Part shown: positions 26,485-38,829 of the stretch, piece after piece
How the letters are laid out: each line of letters begins with the position of its first letter
How positions within the stretch are numbered: position 1 is the stretch's first letter
Assembly: GCF_020745735.1 (NCBI RefSeq)
Contig: NC_083401.1
Location: 112,837,740-112,901,739, forward strand
Direction: 5' to 3'
Length of the DNA: 64,000 bases
Origin: Hemiscyllium ocellatum
Taxonomy: Eukaryota
Program-made: the position numbers and the translations under genes
Notes under the pieces: generated by a model
Told to the model about the DNA's origin: nothing
Database searches by the model: none
The model's input: the letters and a program-made list of their open reading frames with translations, nothing else

Positions 26485-27699
26485 TATTTATCCACTCTTC
26501 ACAGCAATGGAGGCAAACATACAAGGTAAACTAGATGGTGGAAATAGATCTGTGGGTTCACCTTTAAGAAGATCAAGACTTAGGAGTCAAACATAACTGA
26601 ATTATATCTTATTACTTTGCAAACATTGTTTTGGGAATTTAAGGCTGAAATTTATGCTGAAAATAAGTCATGAGGAGGTAATAATAAACCTTACAAGTAA
26701 GCATTTATTTGACTCTAATATGATTCAAACTAAATATGGTCTCATAGTATGAAGGCACCTAAAACTCTCGCAAAATTGTACTAGCAGTTGCTACAAAATG
26801 TAATTATGTATTTCAGTACTCTTATTGCAAAGCATTTTACTTTGGACATTCTGAGGAAAACAATATTATATTGGACTCTTGGTGCTATTACTGTCACTTC
26901 TTGCTTATTGTCACTTTTATTGCTTTGAAATTGAAAGTGACAATGAAAGGACTCCAGTGCACTGACTTTAAAGATGTGTTCACATCTTATCCTCTCTAGC
27001 ACTTAAGCATAGCAAAATGCCATTGAAATATATCTCCACTAACAGATTTTGTGGGCCATTATTCAGAATGATTTTGTTCATGATTCTCTCAGAATTAATT
27101 CCAAATCTTAGGATTGCATATCAAGGATAATTTCTCAGATCTCTAGTTTTCCACAATTCTGTTGCTGCAAAAATTCCAGCAGAATTTAGTGTTAGAAGCA
27201 GGCCTTTCCTACCTGCAATATTTCCCATGGTTTATTTCTTTAATTACTTAATGTAATGATGCTTGATCTATGAACTGGGAAGTAGATTTCAACAAACCCA
27301 TGTGAGTAGATGTTAGAGCATAAATATTTCATCGTTCATTTTTGCCAGCATGAGTTTGAGCCTAAGCACCTTGGACCTCATGTATATTTTCTAGGCAAGC
27401 AGCTGCCAGGAACTACAGCAGTTATACACGTCCTTCAGGAGGATTGAACACTGGAGCACTGTCTCACCAGTAGTGATCTTGTGTGAGCTTACAAAGACAA
27501 GGCAGGAGAAGAAAGCAGCATGGGGGTCAATTGTTTTCATTGAAAGTGCTGTGGATTTGGAAGAAGATTCCTATTCTTTTAGGCTGCGCATTAAAAATGA
27601 CTTTACTTTCTTTTTTGATGAATTCAGTGAAAGCAAGTAACACCAACTTGGCATCTAGTGCTCTTACCGTAGTCTCTTTGCTCTAACATGTCCTAAAAC

Positions 27700-28410
27700 T
27701 GGCAGTCTAAGGACAGAAGTGCAGGAAATGTGTCAGACACAGCCAAGGGCCCTACCAATCACATTCCATTAGCAGGAAATCCTCGTTTGAGTAAAGAGAT
27801 GGACACTTTTGATGCACCCTGCAGAAGGTGACATCATCAGAACAGATGCGGCAGAGATGGAGAAGCTAGGAGAATTGGGGCATGGGGTTGTATAATCCAA
27901 ATAACTGTGTGGGTTGATGGGTTTGTAGTCAATATTGGTGGCCATCTTATACCCAGGAATGGAAACAGAGATTTTGAGGAGTGGAAGAGAGGAGTCAGAG
28001 ATGGTTCAGGTGAAGGTAAGAGTGGGGTCAAAATTGGAAGCAAATTGATCATTTTTTTCAATTCCAAATGAGAGAGGGAGGTAGCATCAATGACATCATT
28101 GTTGTACCAATACAAATTATGGAGACGAACCCGAGCAGGATAGAAACAAAGAATATTCCACCTGCCTTACTGAAGTAATTGCACAGAGGCCGGTCCTCAT
28201 CATCAAGTCATCCTTTATTTACATGTAAAATATACATGGGCTCTGACCACCCAGCTCAGAAACAGTCCCTAGAATGTGGAGAGTCTCTGAATGTCCTGTT
28301 TATATCTGTCAGCCAGCACTCCCAATCAAGAATCTCATAGCCAATGAGGTCCACTTGCCCTTCATTCCAATTACTACATCACCGACAAAAAGGCAAGCAT
28401 AACTGAAGAA
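27700..28410 (-). pseudogene. Penelope-like element reverse transcriptase relic
   Basis: SYACLFVG..VEYSLFL; WYNNDVIDATSLSHLELKKMI (cf. RYIDD motif); TNIDYKPINPHSYLDYT (cf. YKPTDSHSYLDY); frameshifted. Confidence 0.8.
28171..28378 (-). mobile_element. Short Gypsy-type solo LTR inserted in the Penelope RT
   Basis: TGaagtaattg...caattactaCA 11-bp inverted termini; ttac/tcac near-TSD; aataaa and TATA-like motifs on the minus strand; RT sequence resumes on both sides. Confidence 0.7.
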
Positions 28411-28616
28411 AGTGGAAAGATTGATAATACACAACTTCATTTTCTTGATTTTCCCCATAACCCTTGATGTTCTCTGTCTATCTCAGCCTTGAACATACTT
28501 AAGAAAATTTGTCTTATTTTAATAATTTACAGGGTGATACATCACCATTCCCTCATTGGGAAACAGACCACAATGTTGAGAGGACTAAATCCTAACCATC
28601 AGAAGCATATTATTAT

Positions 28617-29335
28617 TGTAATGAAGATATGGGTGTACTGTACCTTTAAGAGAGTTAGAAAACTAGCAAAAGTACCTGACACTGTACCAAGTGTTCTAAA
28701 TAAGGTAAAAATGTAACACTTGGTCAAAAGCTAGATTAGCTGGTTGCCTGGAAACAGGAAACCAAATTTGAATTAGGAATATCATTTAGTTTAAATCATA
28801 TCCCAAAAATTACCAATTCCAATCAAGTTTGAATTTAGTATATTGACAATCTTAAAAGTCAAGACACAATCTGATGATTTGGGGGTATAAGACTAGGGAA
28901 AATTGAACAGTTGGAAGGAGAATTGCCAAGCCAATGACTTCTGCAGACTGCCAGGAGAAAATCTCTCTTAAAGGCACCTTTATTGATCAGTGACCCGTGA
29001 AGCATAATCCCTAAGAAGAAGAAAAGAAGTTACAGGAAAGTCCAAATAGAAGATTTGACAGCTAGCTCATTTTGAATACTTGAATTTTTAGTAAATCTTA
29101 ATGGCGGGGGGGGGGGGGGGGGGGGGAGGTTATCGGACTAGTATTAAAGAAGGGGAGGTAAAAGGTAGGTGAGAGGAAGGAGTTGTAAATAATTGTTAGT
29201 TAATTATTCTCTGTTATACCTGAAGTAACAAAGTGGTTAATTTTTACTTTAAATACTTATCGAATTTTCTCGGGTTAAATCTTTTCTGTGTTGTTGGTTT
29301 AAATTAAGCAGGAGGGTTTACCCCATGTTGTAACA
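28617..29335 (+). mobile_element. Gypsy-type solo LTR (719 bp)
   Basis: TGTAA...TAACA termini with 4-bp TSD ttat (28613-16, 29336-39); gggtataag TATA-like box; internal G21 run. Confidence 0.8.
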
Positions 29336-29524
29336 TTATCATGTAATAAAACTTCTTATTATTTAAAAACAGTGTCTTTTCTGTACTCTGTGGCATAGTA
29401 TCCTAAATTTAGAAACTTAAAAAATATGAGCAGGAGTAGGACGCTTGGCCCTCGAACCCACCCCACCATTCAATATGATGATGGTTGATCATCATCTATC
29501 TTAAAGTCATAATACTACTTAAGA

Positions 29525-29740
29525 GGGCAACAGAATCTTTTAATTTTCTAAGGTATGGATACATTAGAGAAGCATGTGATAAGCCTTCACAGAGAACAAG
29601 ACAAATACCTGATAGAAGCACATCCTTAAGGGAACTAGCTAAATCAGACAAGTCAGAAGATACAGAACTTGTTGAAATCAATAGACATACTGGTGATTTT
29701 CTGCTTGACACAAGAGCAAGTATTGTGACTTCAAAAAGCC
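29525..29740 (+). pseudogene. LTR-retrotransposon gag zinc-knuckle / aspartic protease relic
   Basis: TESFNFLRYGYIREAC (degenerate CX2CX4HX4C) followed by VEINRHTGDFLLDTRASIV (cf. F.LDTGAS). Confidence 0.55.
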
Positions 29741-30129
29741 TTATTCATTACCATATACTGATAGAAGAGGCAAATGGCACAACTGCTTGTAATGGTCATC
29801 TGAGAATGGTATTTATCTGTCCTCTGAACATTGGCCTTAATTTATGGTTTCTACATCTTGAATTATACATTATTAATCATTGAATAAACCCCTTGTTGTC
29901 TATTTTAAATTTGATTCTGCTGTCTTCTTCACTTATATATTCTTTAGCTTGATTTCATTTCCATTTTCTTTGCTCCATTTTCTGAGTCTATGCTCAGGCT
30001 CCAATCCCCATGTCAAGCTAATTCAAGGCCTCACTAATATCAATGGCAAACCTATTGATAACTGTATTTGGCCCAGTCCTGTAATGCTGCACTTGTACAT
30101 ACCCCACTTTCACCAGAACAGGTTCCAAA

Positions 30130-30300
30130 GTCTCAGCAAAGTTCATACTCTCCGGTGTCATATTTATATTTTCTTCCTCCTCCAATACTAATAAGATTTT
30201 CCCTTGTGTTGGTTCTCTCACTACTTGCTCCAAGCTCACTTAATCTCCTTAAGACTCACTCAATTCAATCAGTAGTGGTGTCATCAAGTCACACTTGGTG
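30130..30300 (-). mobile_element. LINE APE-endonuclease fragment
   Basis: LEQVVREPTQGKILLVL (cf. Q.V.EPTRG.NILDL). Confidence 0.5.
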
Positions 30301-30789
30301 AAGAGCTTTAAAGTGCTGATCCCTTACAACTAAAAGTGTTTCTTCCATTCACAGGAAGGAGAAATCCTACTAGACTCAAAATGTTAGCTCTTTTTCTCTC
30401 TCACCACAGATGCTGCTAGACTTGTTGACTTTCTCCAAAATTCTCTGTATTTGTTATGCATCCACAGGATCTTGATTTTATTTGAATGTTGCTTCCAAAT
30501 GGTGTTCCAAACAGGGTAGTACCAACACACCTGCTGAAGCAACACGGTAACCAGCAAAATATTTCCTTTCCCATGCTTGACCTGATGCTATGGCACTTCA
30601 AAGGATTCAATGTGAAGATCTTTAGCAGACACTCCCTGTATATTACTGTACCACCAATTCTGGTAAATACTTTGTATGGTGGAAGAGGACATGCATAAGG
30701 ATGCTGATGTAAAAGTTGAGGATGTTGGCTACAAGCTTTGATTAGATGCTTGTGATTATTCTACTCTGGTATCTGACTATTTTTATAAA

Positions 30790-30886
30790 AGAGTCGAGAG
30801 TGTGTTGCTGGAAAAGTGCAGCAGGCTAGGTAGCATCCAAGAAGCAGGAGAATTGACGTTTCGGGCAAAGGCCCTTCATCAGGAAT
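30790..30886 (-). mobile_element. Penelope-like module with intact hammerhead core
   Basis: Same family as 22285/24618; ends just upstream of the CTGATGA box. Confidence 0.85.
30851..30886 (-). ncRNA. Minimal type-I hammerhead ribozyme motif, all core nucleotides intact
   Basis: auuc-CUGAUGA-A-GGGC-CUUU-GCCC-GAAAC-GUC^AAUU; the first stem I pair is C-A, probably from CpG decay. Confidence 0.75.
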
Positions 30887-31452
30887 GAGGCCACTTTCAC
30901 CTATTCTGTATAACAGCTCTCCCAATTTTAACACCAACCCACAGATATGTCAGGCATATTTTACAGGGTTGACTGTGTTATATGTGCATTTGTCATGTTT
31001 TTTGCACATGATGATACCTTGTAGTCTGTCTAGTTTAATAGTTAATTGTTATTGTTATGGGTATAATGTAATGGAGTCTCTTGCCACGTCAGTACAGAGA
31101 CCACTTAAGAGTCAATCATGTTTTTATGGACTGGAGCCATGTAATAATCAGATCGGCAAAGGAAAGCAGTTTGTCTTTCTTTAGAATTATTATGACTGAG
31201 ACGGGAGGAACTTATTTTGTTTCCCTAGTTCCGCTACTTTACAGGCCATAACATTAAATATAGTTGTTTTACTTATTTTCCAAATGGCTAATTGTGCACT
31301 TTCTTTATATGAGACTACATGCTAAAAAAATCAACAATGTTTAGTTAATAAATTCAAAGTTATGAATTTATTCATAAATAAAACTCATTTCATGAAGCTG
31401 CAAAACTGTTTTAACACACTCAGTTTTTATAAGTATTTCATTCACTAAATAA

Positions 31453-31453
<1 letters not shown>

Positions 31454-31522
<69 letters not shown>
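31454..31522. repeat. (CA)~34 microsatellite
   Basis: Perfect dinucleotide run. Confidence 0.99.
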
Positions 31523-31524
<2 letters not shown>

Positions 31525-34399
31525 GGCAAAGGAGAAAATCATCTGTCCTGAATGATTTACTTTAAAGAATATACAACTTTAGCTAATAAGTCTTAGTTAT
31601 TAAAGGCAAAAAAGGATCTATTTAAAATGGTTTGATGTTCTGACGCATGTTGTTAACACATCATTATAATTGGAACCTTGAAAGATGACGTCATTCAGGA
31701 AATATTGACTAACTCTCTCAGAGACTTCTCATATGAGAGTGGCTGGATGAGGAGTCCAGATTATTATGCTAGTCTCATAACAGAAACAATAAAGCCAAGC
31801 TTGGAAATCTTTCTCCTTGCAACAGGCTTCTCCCCAGCTACTGCAAATAATATCCAAAGCAGAAACTAGGACCTAACATTCACAAAGCACAGTGGTCTTC
31901 AGTAAGATAAAAGTCATTACAGGATTGGGCCAAATCCAGTTATGAAGAAAAATGTTTTTTCATTGACTCTTGGAAAAGAAAATAATCGAGGTATCTACAA
32001 TCCTTCAAATTCAAGTCCACAATACGAATTAATATGATGACTTCAGAACCAGATCTTCATGATCTGGATAAATTTTTAACAATAATCTGACAATTTCATT
32101 ATTATAATTACTCATAATTTGCTTTTATGTCCACATGTTTATTTAACTAATTGTCAATATTAAGACTAAAACTAATAGAAATGTTAAGATATGATTACAA
32201 GTACACTTTTCAGCCAACAATGGGGCAATTTGCCATATGTGATACAGCTAAATGCTCTTCCCTTTATCAACAGGTATACAATTTGTCATGCAATGCACAC
32301 TAAGGCAATCCTCTTTCAGTAGTATCACTGAATTTACAAAAGCAATGCAGAAATTCAGTCACCATGTTATCAATGAAATTTAAACCCAACTTAAAATAAC
32401 AAGAGTCAACTGAATTAATAGCTTTCATGAGAACAGCTTTATTTAGTGCAAATAAATACCACATATGATTGAGATGATTTGTGACAGTAATAACTATCCA
32501 GCTTTGCCAAAAAAAATTAGAATTCTAAATGCATGGAACACTTCAATTTCAAACAATCAAATGATCTCTAGGTAGATCACAACTCTTGTCTCATTGTAAA
32601 GAACTTCATATCAACTATGGTAGTGAATAGTCAATAATTATGTTTCAATTTTATTCCTTTCTAATCTTTGCAAACGGAAACTTCTCCATTTTGCACTGAT
32701 GATTCATAAACTTTGTTTCATTCTATGGTTGTCATGCATTTATCCAAATTAAAAGCCATCTGCCATTCATTAGCTCCTCAAATTAATTTTTCCAGATCTC
32801 TTCAAAAGCTATTAATCTCTCCAACAACAGACATCTGGGCAATAAACTTGACTTTCTGAGTAAATATATTTATATTCATAATGTAAATTGTAGGAGATAT
32901 AGTACAATTAATGGAATTACATTGCATGCTTCTGGTAACCAAATATAAGATTAATTTAAAAAGTGATGAATATTTTTTAAAAACCTTTTCTTGCACACAA
33001 TAGGAGCTGCAACAACATTGTTAATTGTCTTGTACTTTACTGTAATAGAAAGATATCTTAAAACACTTGGAACTTATCAATTTTACTTAAGTTGGGACAC
33101 ACTATCAAATTGAAAATAAACAGACAAAATATGGATTCATACTGGGACTATAGATTGAATTTATCTACATTTTAGAGATTCAGTTCTCTTTCAATCATGT
33201 ATATGCTGTTATATCATTATGAGCATGATTTAAAAGAACAAAGTAATGAGAAAAAGCCAATGCTTAGTTCAATGTTCCTGGGCTTACTAATTCCTGAGAA
33301 ATGGGTTTATGTACAGAACGTTACATAAATTCCCTCACAATCTTTGCAAATCTTCACCCGCCTGTCGTCACCCTCCCCTAACCACCCACCATCACCACCA
33401 CCACCACTTCTCCTCGTATCCTGAAATTGCACTGCAGCTGAACTTCCTGAAATACTTTTTTCAGGTGGTTTCACTTGACTGTACTTGAAGAGGATCCAAC
33501 AATGTGAGTTGCATGCAAGTGGGATTTCTGGACCTCTGTACATGCAGCTCATGAATAATACTCAGAAACCTTGCATTTGGAGCCATTGGTGAGGTAGTTT
33601 AAAGGCCTTGTAGTTGCACTCAATGAACTCATTAAGTTTTGATTTTTTTTCTATTGCTGCAGAATATGTTTGCTACAGTGGATCACTTCTGCCATTTTAT
33701 GAGATTACTATTGGAGATGATAGAAACAAAACACGAACCACAAGGTTCCTTGATAAATGCTAAAGATATATTCAGTGTAAAAGTAAAAAGCATAAAGCCA
33801 CTTTCTGCACATCCCACAGTCACAGTCTATTTTTAAATTTGTGCTGCCCTGCTTCAAAACATTCAGGGCTGGAGTGTAGCTAAGTTGGGGAGCTTCTCTG
33901 CTTAGAAATCGGAAGTCCTTCCCCTAAACCTGCCATTTTGTTGGAGGGACGAAGGAAGGAGGATTATTTTTTACTCATACATATTTCACTGAGGCAAGTT
34001 CTCATGTAAACCATTAGCTGCGTCCAGTCAAGTTGGATTTGGTCTCACAGGTGTCTGAAACACTGCAGGTTCAGAAAGAAGCCCCCTAGACGCAGGTTTG
34101 AACTTGATGATTTCTTTGGAGAGTGCTAGGACTCTTTTGGGATTGGCTTTAAAGTTTCCTTAACTATCCCAGAATTGGTAAAAAAAAAATTCAAACTGTC
34201 TTGCTTTAATCAAGAACGCAAAAAGTCTGAGGCTAGTAAACTCGCAGGGTGCGAATGCTTTTTTCCCGCTCACTCATGTACTAAAGAAGAGCCATGTCCT
34301 TGAGAAGTGAGCACTGTTCTTTCTGTGCAGGAAGATACAAGATGGGCATGGCATCCTCGCAATAGATGACAAAATGTCAGTCAACATGTGTAGCCCAAG

Positions 34400-35750
34400 G
34401 CCAGATGGACAGAAGATCGTGAGGAAGAAGCAGTACCACCTCCAGCATGGAGGAGGTGGAGAAAGAGGAGGCATGGCACGACAAACAGATATTACCCTGT
34501 GGAAAACGTATACTGACCTACGATAAATCATTCATAGAACAAAGGATAAAGACGATGAACATTAAGCTGTGAGGTGATTACAGACTTGATGCATGGTCCA
34601 GCAGCAATGCAAGCCACAAACTATTAACTCAGTTGCCCCACCTGTGACTGTAATGATAACCATTGCTCTCAATTTTTATGCCTCAGGTTCTTTCCATGAT
34701 ACAGAGAATGAAATATCTGGAATTTCTCAGACAGCAGAGGACTGCTGCAAAAAGGCCAAACTGATATCTTGTTTACTTGTGTTAGAAGCACACTAATTTC
34801 ACTGTTCACTTAGCTAATCAAATGAAGAGATCCATACTCCCCAATCATGTGTAGGGCATTATTGATTTTGCCCTTGTTGTAATAAGGCTCCAATTCAGCA
34901 GGTAGATACATTCATATGAAAGCCCCCTTCTGCTCACTCATCATCGACGTAATTTACGTGACCACAATTACGTCTTCCTTCAAGTGCATCCAACCCTGGT
35001 AGCTGCCATGGTTCCTTTACTGAGGAATTCCCAACTATTTTGGCTATTTTGACTACCTTCACAGATGAGTGGTTGGTTTCAAGAGGGAAAGGTAAAGCCA
35101 TAAAGAAGGCTATTGATTTTCTTTAGGAGTCCTCAAACTGAGGCAGAGTGTCCCAAACAGCAGCCAATGAACTCAAGGAATACAATCAAGCTGGTCATTC
35201 GCACCACCAAATGAGTTTAAATGCTTCAATGTGCCCCAGCAAGTCTCATTACGGTCTGTTGCTTATGATAATGGCTTAGTTGGCTGGATGGCTGGTTAGT
35301 GATGCAATGTAATGCGAAAATAGCGTGGGTTCAATTACCACAATGGTTGAGATTATCCTGAAAGATTCTTGTTCTCAAACTCTCCACTTGCCTGGGATGT
35401 AGTGACTCTTCGGTTAAATGAACACCAGTTGTATGCCTCTAAAGAGAGAACAGCGCTATGGTCTAGTAAGACAATGGTACTTTTACTTTTGACTACTTGA
35501 TATATAACATCACAGAACGGAGGGGTCTTTAAATTGATGACAATGACACTATTGGCAGAGCTCAAACCACACAAGATGAAGGAGATGTGAAGGAAGAAGC
35601 AGCCCTTGTCCATTTTGATGAATCTGAAATGGAGGAGGGTGAGGAAAGCAGCAAAGACAGAATAGCTGAGTGGCATGACCATATAACCAGGGCTGACTCT
35701 GTGCTGGAGGATATAATTGCCAGATGAAACCTTCTGCAAAACAGATTTAC
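34400..35750 (+). pseudogene. PIF/Harbinger (HARBI1-like) DDE transposase relic
   Basis: VTVMITIALNFYASGSF..EISGISQTA; V*GIIDFALV (cf. VQGAIDCTHV); PGSCHGSF; GW..GK; SPQTEAE; YNIT.R; acidic C-terminal tail; many stops. Confidence 0.8.
35270..35492 (+). mobile_element. tRNA-derived SINE inserted in the Harbinger transposase
   Basis: tggcttagttgg A-box, gggttcaattacc B-box, (acttt)n tail; transposase resumes after it. Confidence 0.7.
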
Positions 35751-35995
35751 ATCAGTGCTTCTGATTTCACACTTGCTTGCAGCTAGTCCCCTGAGCAACT
35801 TTCAACTACAGAACACTTTACACTGATGCCACAATTACACAGAGGAATAGCCATGCCCCACAGGAGAGAGAATTGTACAGTTCAGAAGAGCTCTTTGTCT
35901 GATCAGTTCTGTACTGATGAAGTTACACTAAATTTGCACTCATTCCACTTCCCAGCACTTGGTCCATAGACTTGAGTGTTATGATATTTCAAAGT

Positions 35996-36085
35996 TAAAA
36001 ATCACACAACGCCAGGTTATAGTCCAACAGGTTTAATTGGAAGCACACTAGCTTTCAGAGTGCTGTTCCTTCATCAGGTGGTTGT
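35996..36085 (-). mobile_element. Penelope-like module (third subfamily) with hammerhead motif
   Basis: Minus strand cac-CTGATGA-aggaacagcactct-GAAAGCTA^gtg; stem I cac/gtg, AGCU palindrome. Confidence 0.75.
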
Positions 36086-36089
36086 GCTA

Positions 36090-37610
36090 TCTTCTTGTGC
36101 AATTTTCTTTTCAATTTTTCACTTGGACTTAAATTGAGGAGCTGATGAGCTCTGGAGGCGAATTCCACAGCAGAGTGCAGCATGGACAGCGAGTCCCAGA
36201 GCTGAGGCCAGTGTGGGGAGCGAGTCCCAGAGCAGAGGTCAGGATGAGGAGCGAGTCCTAGAGTGAAGGATAGGGTGGCAATCAAGTCCCAAAGCAGAGG
36301 CCAGTGTGGGGAAGGAGTTCCAGAGCTGAGGCCGGGGTGTGGAGCGAGTCCCAAAGCAGAGGCCAGGGTGGGGGGGCAAGTCCCACAGTTGAGAGTGGGG
36401 TGGGGAGTGAGTCCCAGAGTGAAGGCCAGGGTGGAGAGTGAGTCCCAGAGTGAAGGCCAGGGTGGAGAGTGAGTCCCAGAGTGAAGGCTGGGGTGAGAGT
36501 GAGTCCCAGAGTGAAGGCTGGGGTGGAGAGTGAGTCCCAGAACAAAGGCCAGGATGGAGAGTGAGTTCCAGAGGGAAGACCGGGGTGGGGAGCGAGTCCC
36601 AGACCGAAGGCCGGGGTGGGAAGCAAGTCCCAGAGCGAGGTCTGGGGTGGGGAGCAAGCCCTAGAGTGGAGTTCAGTGTGGGGAACCAGGCCCAAAGCAG
36701 AGGTAGGTTTGGGGAAGCAGCCCCAGAGCGGAGGTCAGAGTGGGAAAGCAAGCCCTGAGCGGAGGTCAGTGTGGGGAAGCAGTCCCAGTGCGGAGGTCAG
36801 TGTGGGGAAGCAGTCCCAGAGCAGAGGTCAGTGCGGAGAAGCAGCCCCAGAGCAGAGGTCAATGTAGGGAAGCAGTCCAAGAGCGGAGCTCAGTGCGCGG
36901 AAGCAGTCCCAGAGTGGGGGTTAGTGTGGGGAAGCAGGCCGAGAGTGGATGTCAGTGCACGGAAGCAGTCCCAGAGCGGAGATCGTTGTGCGGAAGCATC
37001 CCAGAGCAGAGGTCAGTGTGAGGAGCAGCCCCAGAGCAGAGGTCAGTGTGAGGAAGCAGTCCCAGAGCGGGGGTCAGTGTGGGGAAGCAGACCCAGAGCG
37101 GAGGTCAGTGTGAGGAGCAGCCCCAGAGCGGGGATCAGTGTGGGGAAGCAGACCCAGAGCAGAGGTCAGTGTGAGGAAGCAGACCTAGACTGGAGGCTGT
37201 TGTGTGGAATAGAGTCTCAAGCGAAAGTCAGTGAGGGGAAGTAAGTCCCGGAGAAAAAACTTATCTTGGAGCAGCTGAGAGCTGGTGTGGAGCGGACTGG
37301 CGGCTTTGAGCGGAGCAAGGACAGTTGTTGGACTGGGGTCTGGCGCAGGCAGTCAGATGATTTGTAGACGCCCTTTCACTGAGTTCCCGCAATGTCATTT
37401 GTTTGTAATTTGTTTACCTGACTGTAATGTCTATCCTTTTAACTACGTCATATTTCTAACTTATTCTATGAATCACTGTTAAGCAACTATTTGGTTTTTA
37501 CTCACCTTTTGTATCTCGGATTTGTACCTGGGTACTCTATACCTGAGATGGTGTCATCACTGTATTCCTTTACTTCTGTACTTCAGTACATGTGACAATA
37601 AAGGTTATTC
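36090..37610 (+). mobile_element. Composite non-autonomous retroposon candidate: T-rich head + VNTR + LINE-like tail
   Basis: Ends in gtacatgtgacaataaaggttattct, resembling Rex1/Babar-type 3' ends; sits within a minus-strand CR1. Confidence 0.5.
36160..37250 (+). repeat. G-rich minisatellite, 31-bp unit (some 29-30), ~35 copies
   Basis: gagtcccagagtgaaggccagggtggagagt (36409, 36440) grading to gcagtcccagagcggaggtcagtgtggggaa (36779, 36810). Confidence 0.95.
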
Positions 37611-37614
37611 TGTA

Positions 37615-38225
37615 CAGCTACAGCATAGCTTGTATAGTCTATGCCTCAAATGATGAAGTTCAGTGTCCCATAAGCCTTCTTAACTACCCTATTAAACTGT
37701 CCTGCCACCTCTCGAGATCTGTAGGCAATCACACCATGATCCCTCTCTTGCTCTGAGCTTCTTGGTATCCTGCTATTCATTGAGTACACCCTTATCTTGT
37801 TACTTCTTTCAAAGTACATCACCTCACACTTTTCAGGGTCAAATTCCATTTGCCAATAATCTGCCCATCTAACCAATTCATTTAAAACTTCCTGGAACCT
37901 AAGACCTTCTTTCTGACCCTACAAATCATTGTATCGTCAGCAGATTTACTTACTAGCCCCTCACACTCTCACCAACATCGTTTATACAGAAATATACATG
38001 AACAATAAGGGACACAGGTCTGATCCCTGTGTACACGACTCAACACCAGCCTCCAGTCACATAAACAGACTCCAACCAATACCTTCTGTCTCCTGTCACT
38101 CAGCCAATTTTGGATCCAATTGGCTACAATACCTTGGATTAAATGTGCTTTTACTTTCTGTATTCATCTCCCATATCAAAGTTCCCAGGTCAACATCTTG
38201 TTAAAACCTTCACTGAAATCCATAG
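37615..38225 (-). mobile_element. CR1 RT fragment (3' end continues at ~35870-35995)
   Basis: WADYWQMEFDPEKCEVMYF...VVKKAYGTL. Confidence 0.85.
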
Positions 38226-38379
38226 AAATTACTGCTTTGTTTCATTAATGAGTTTGGGTTAATAACATTTCAATGGCTGTGACTTTCACCATCGTAACCA
38301 TTGGTCTCACAATATTGCAAACACAATTCATTTACACCGGCGCCTGTCAATGAAGCTGCAAATCTGGTACTTTGTCCAA

Positions 38380-38800
38380 AATGTCCACACAACAGATGGT
38401 GACATTATGACTGGTGACTATACATGTTCCATATGCCTATGGGCTTGTATATGGCAGTAAATATCCTGAGAAGGCACATAGTGCAGAGTAAGTGTCCAAA
38501 TCTGTCACAAAAGTTATTTAAAAGATCATACACACCAACTGTTCCAGCCATGATCCAGTTTTTGAGATGGGAGATTTTTGCAACATTCCTGGCTTTCACA
38601 AACTGCTTACTTTCCCTCTCAAAACACATACTCTATAATGTGGAATGCATCAGCATCCAAATAACTGGGGCCAAGAGGCAAGCAATATTACTGAGAACAT
38701 ACACTAGTCTTGTGACCTGTGATCCTTACACAATGCATGACACTGCAGTGCGGAAGACTTCCTGACACCCAGAACTCACACTTGACTCATGCATCTGTTG
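38380..38800 (-). pseudogene. Possible highly decayed Harbinger transposase fragment
   Basis: ERESKQFVKARNVAKIS resembles the segment before the first catalytic D; weak. Confidence 0.3.
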
Positions 38801-38829
38801 CCCAGCATCTGTTCATGGAATGTGATTCA

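Noticed and set aside
29106-29126. G21 homopolymer
   Set aside because: Slippage expansion inside a solo LTR, or a sequencing length artefact; no independent sign of function.
34593-34796. Domesticated HARBI1 host gene
   Set aside because: Multiple stops and frameshifts plus a SINE insertion; it is a dead transposase.
36142-36170. Hammerhead-like ctgatgagctctggaggcgaattc at the head of the VNTR element
   Set aside because: GAAU instead of GAAA, weak stem II and no convincing stem I; probably chance.
36055-37244. Overlapping 130-200 aa ORFs on both strands
   Set aside because: They are translations of the 31-bp minisatellite, with repeated peptides in all frames; no evidence of a gene.
36160-37250. 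CRISPR-like array
   Set aside because: Units are head-to-tail with no unique spacers, there are no cas genes, and the context is eukaryotic.
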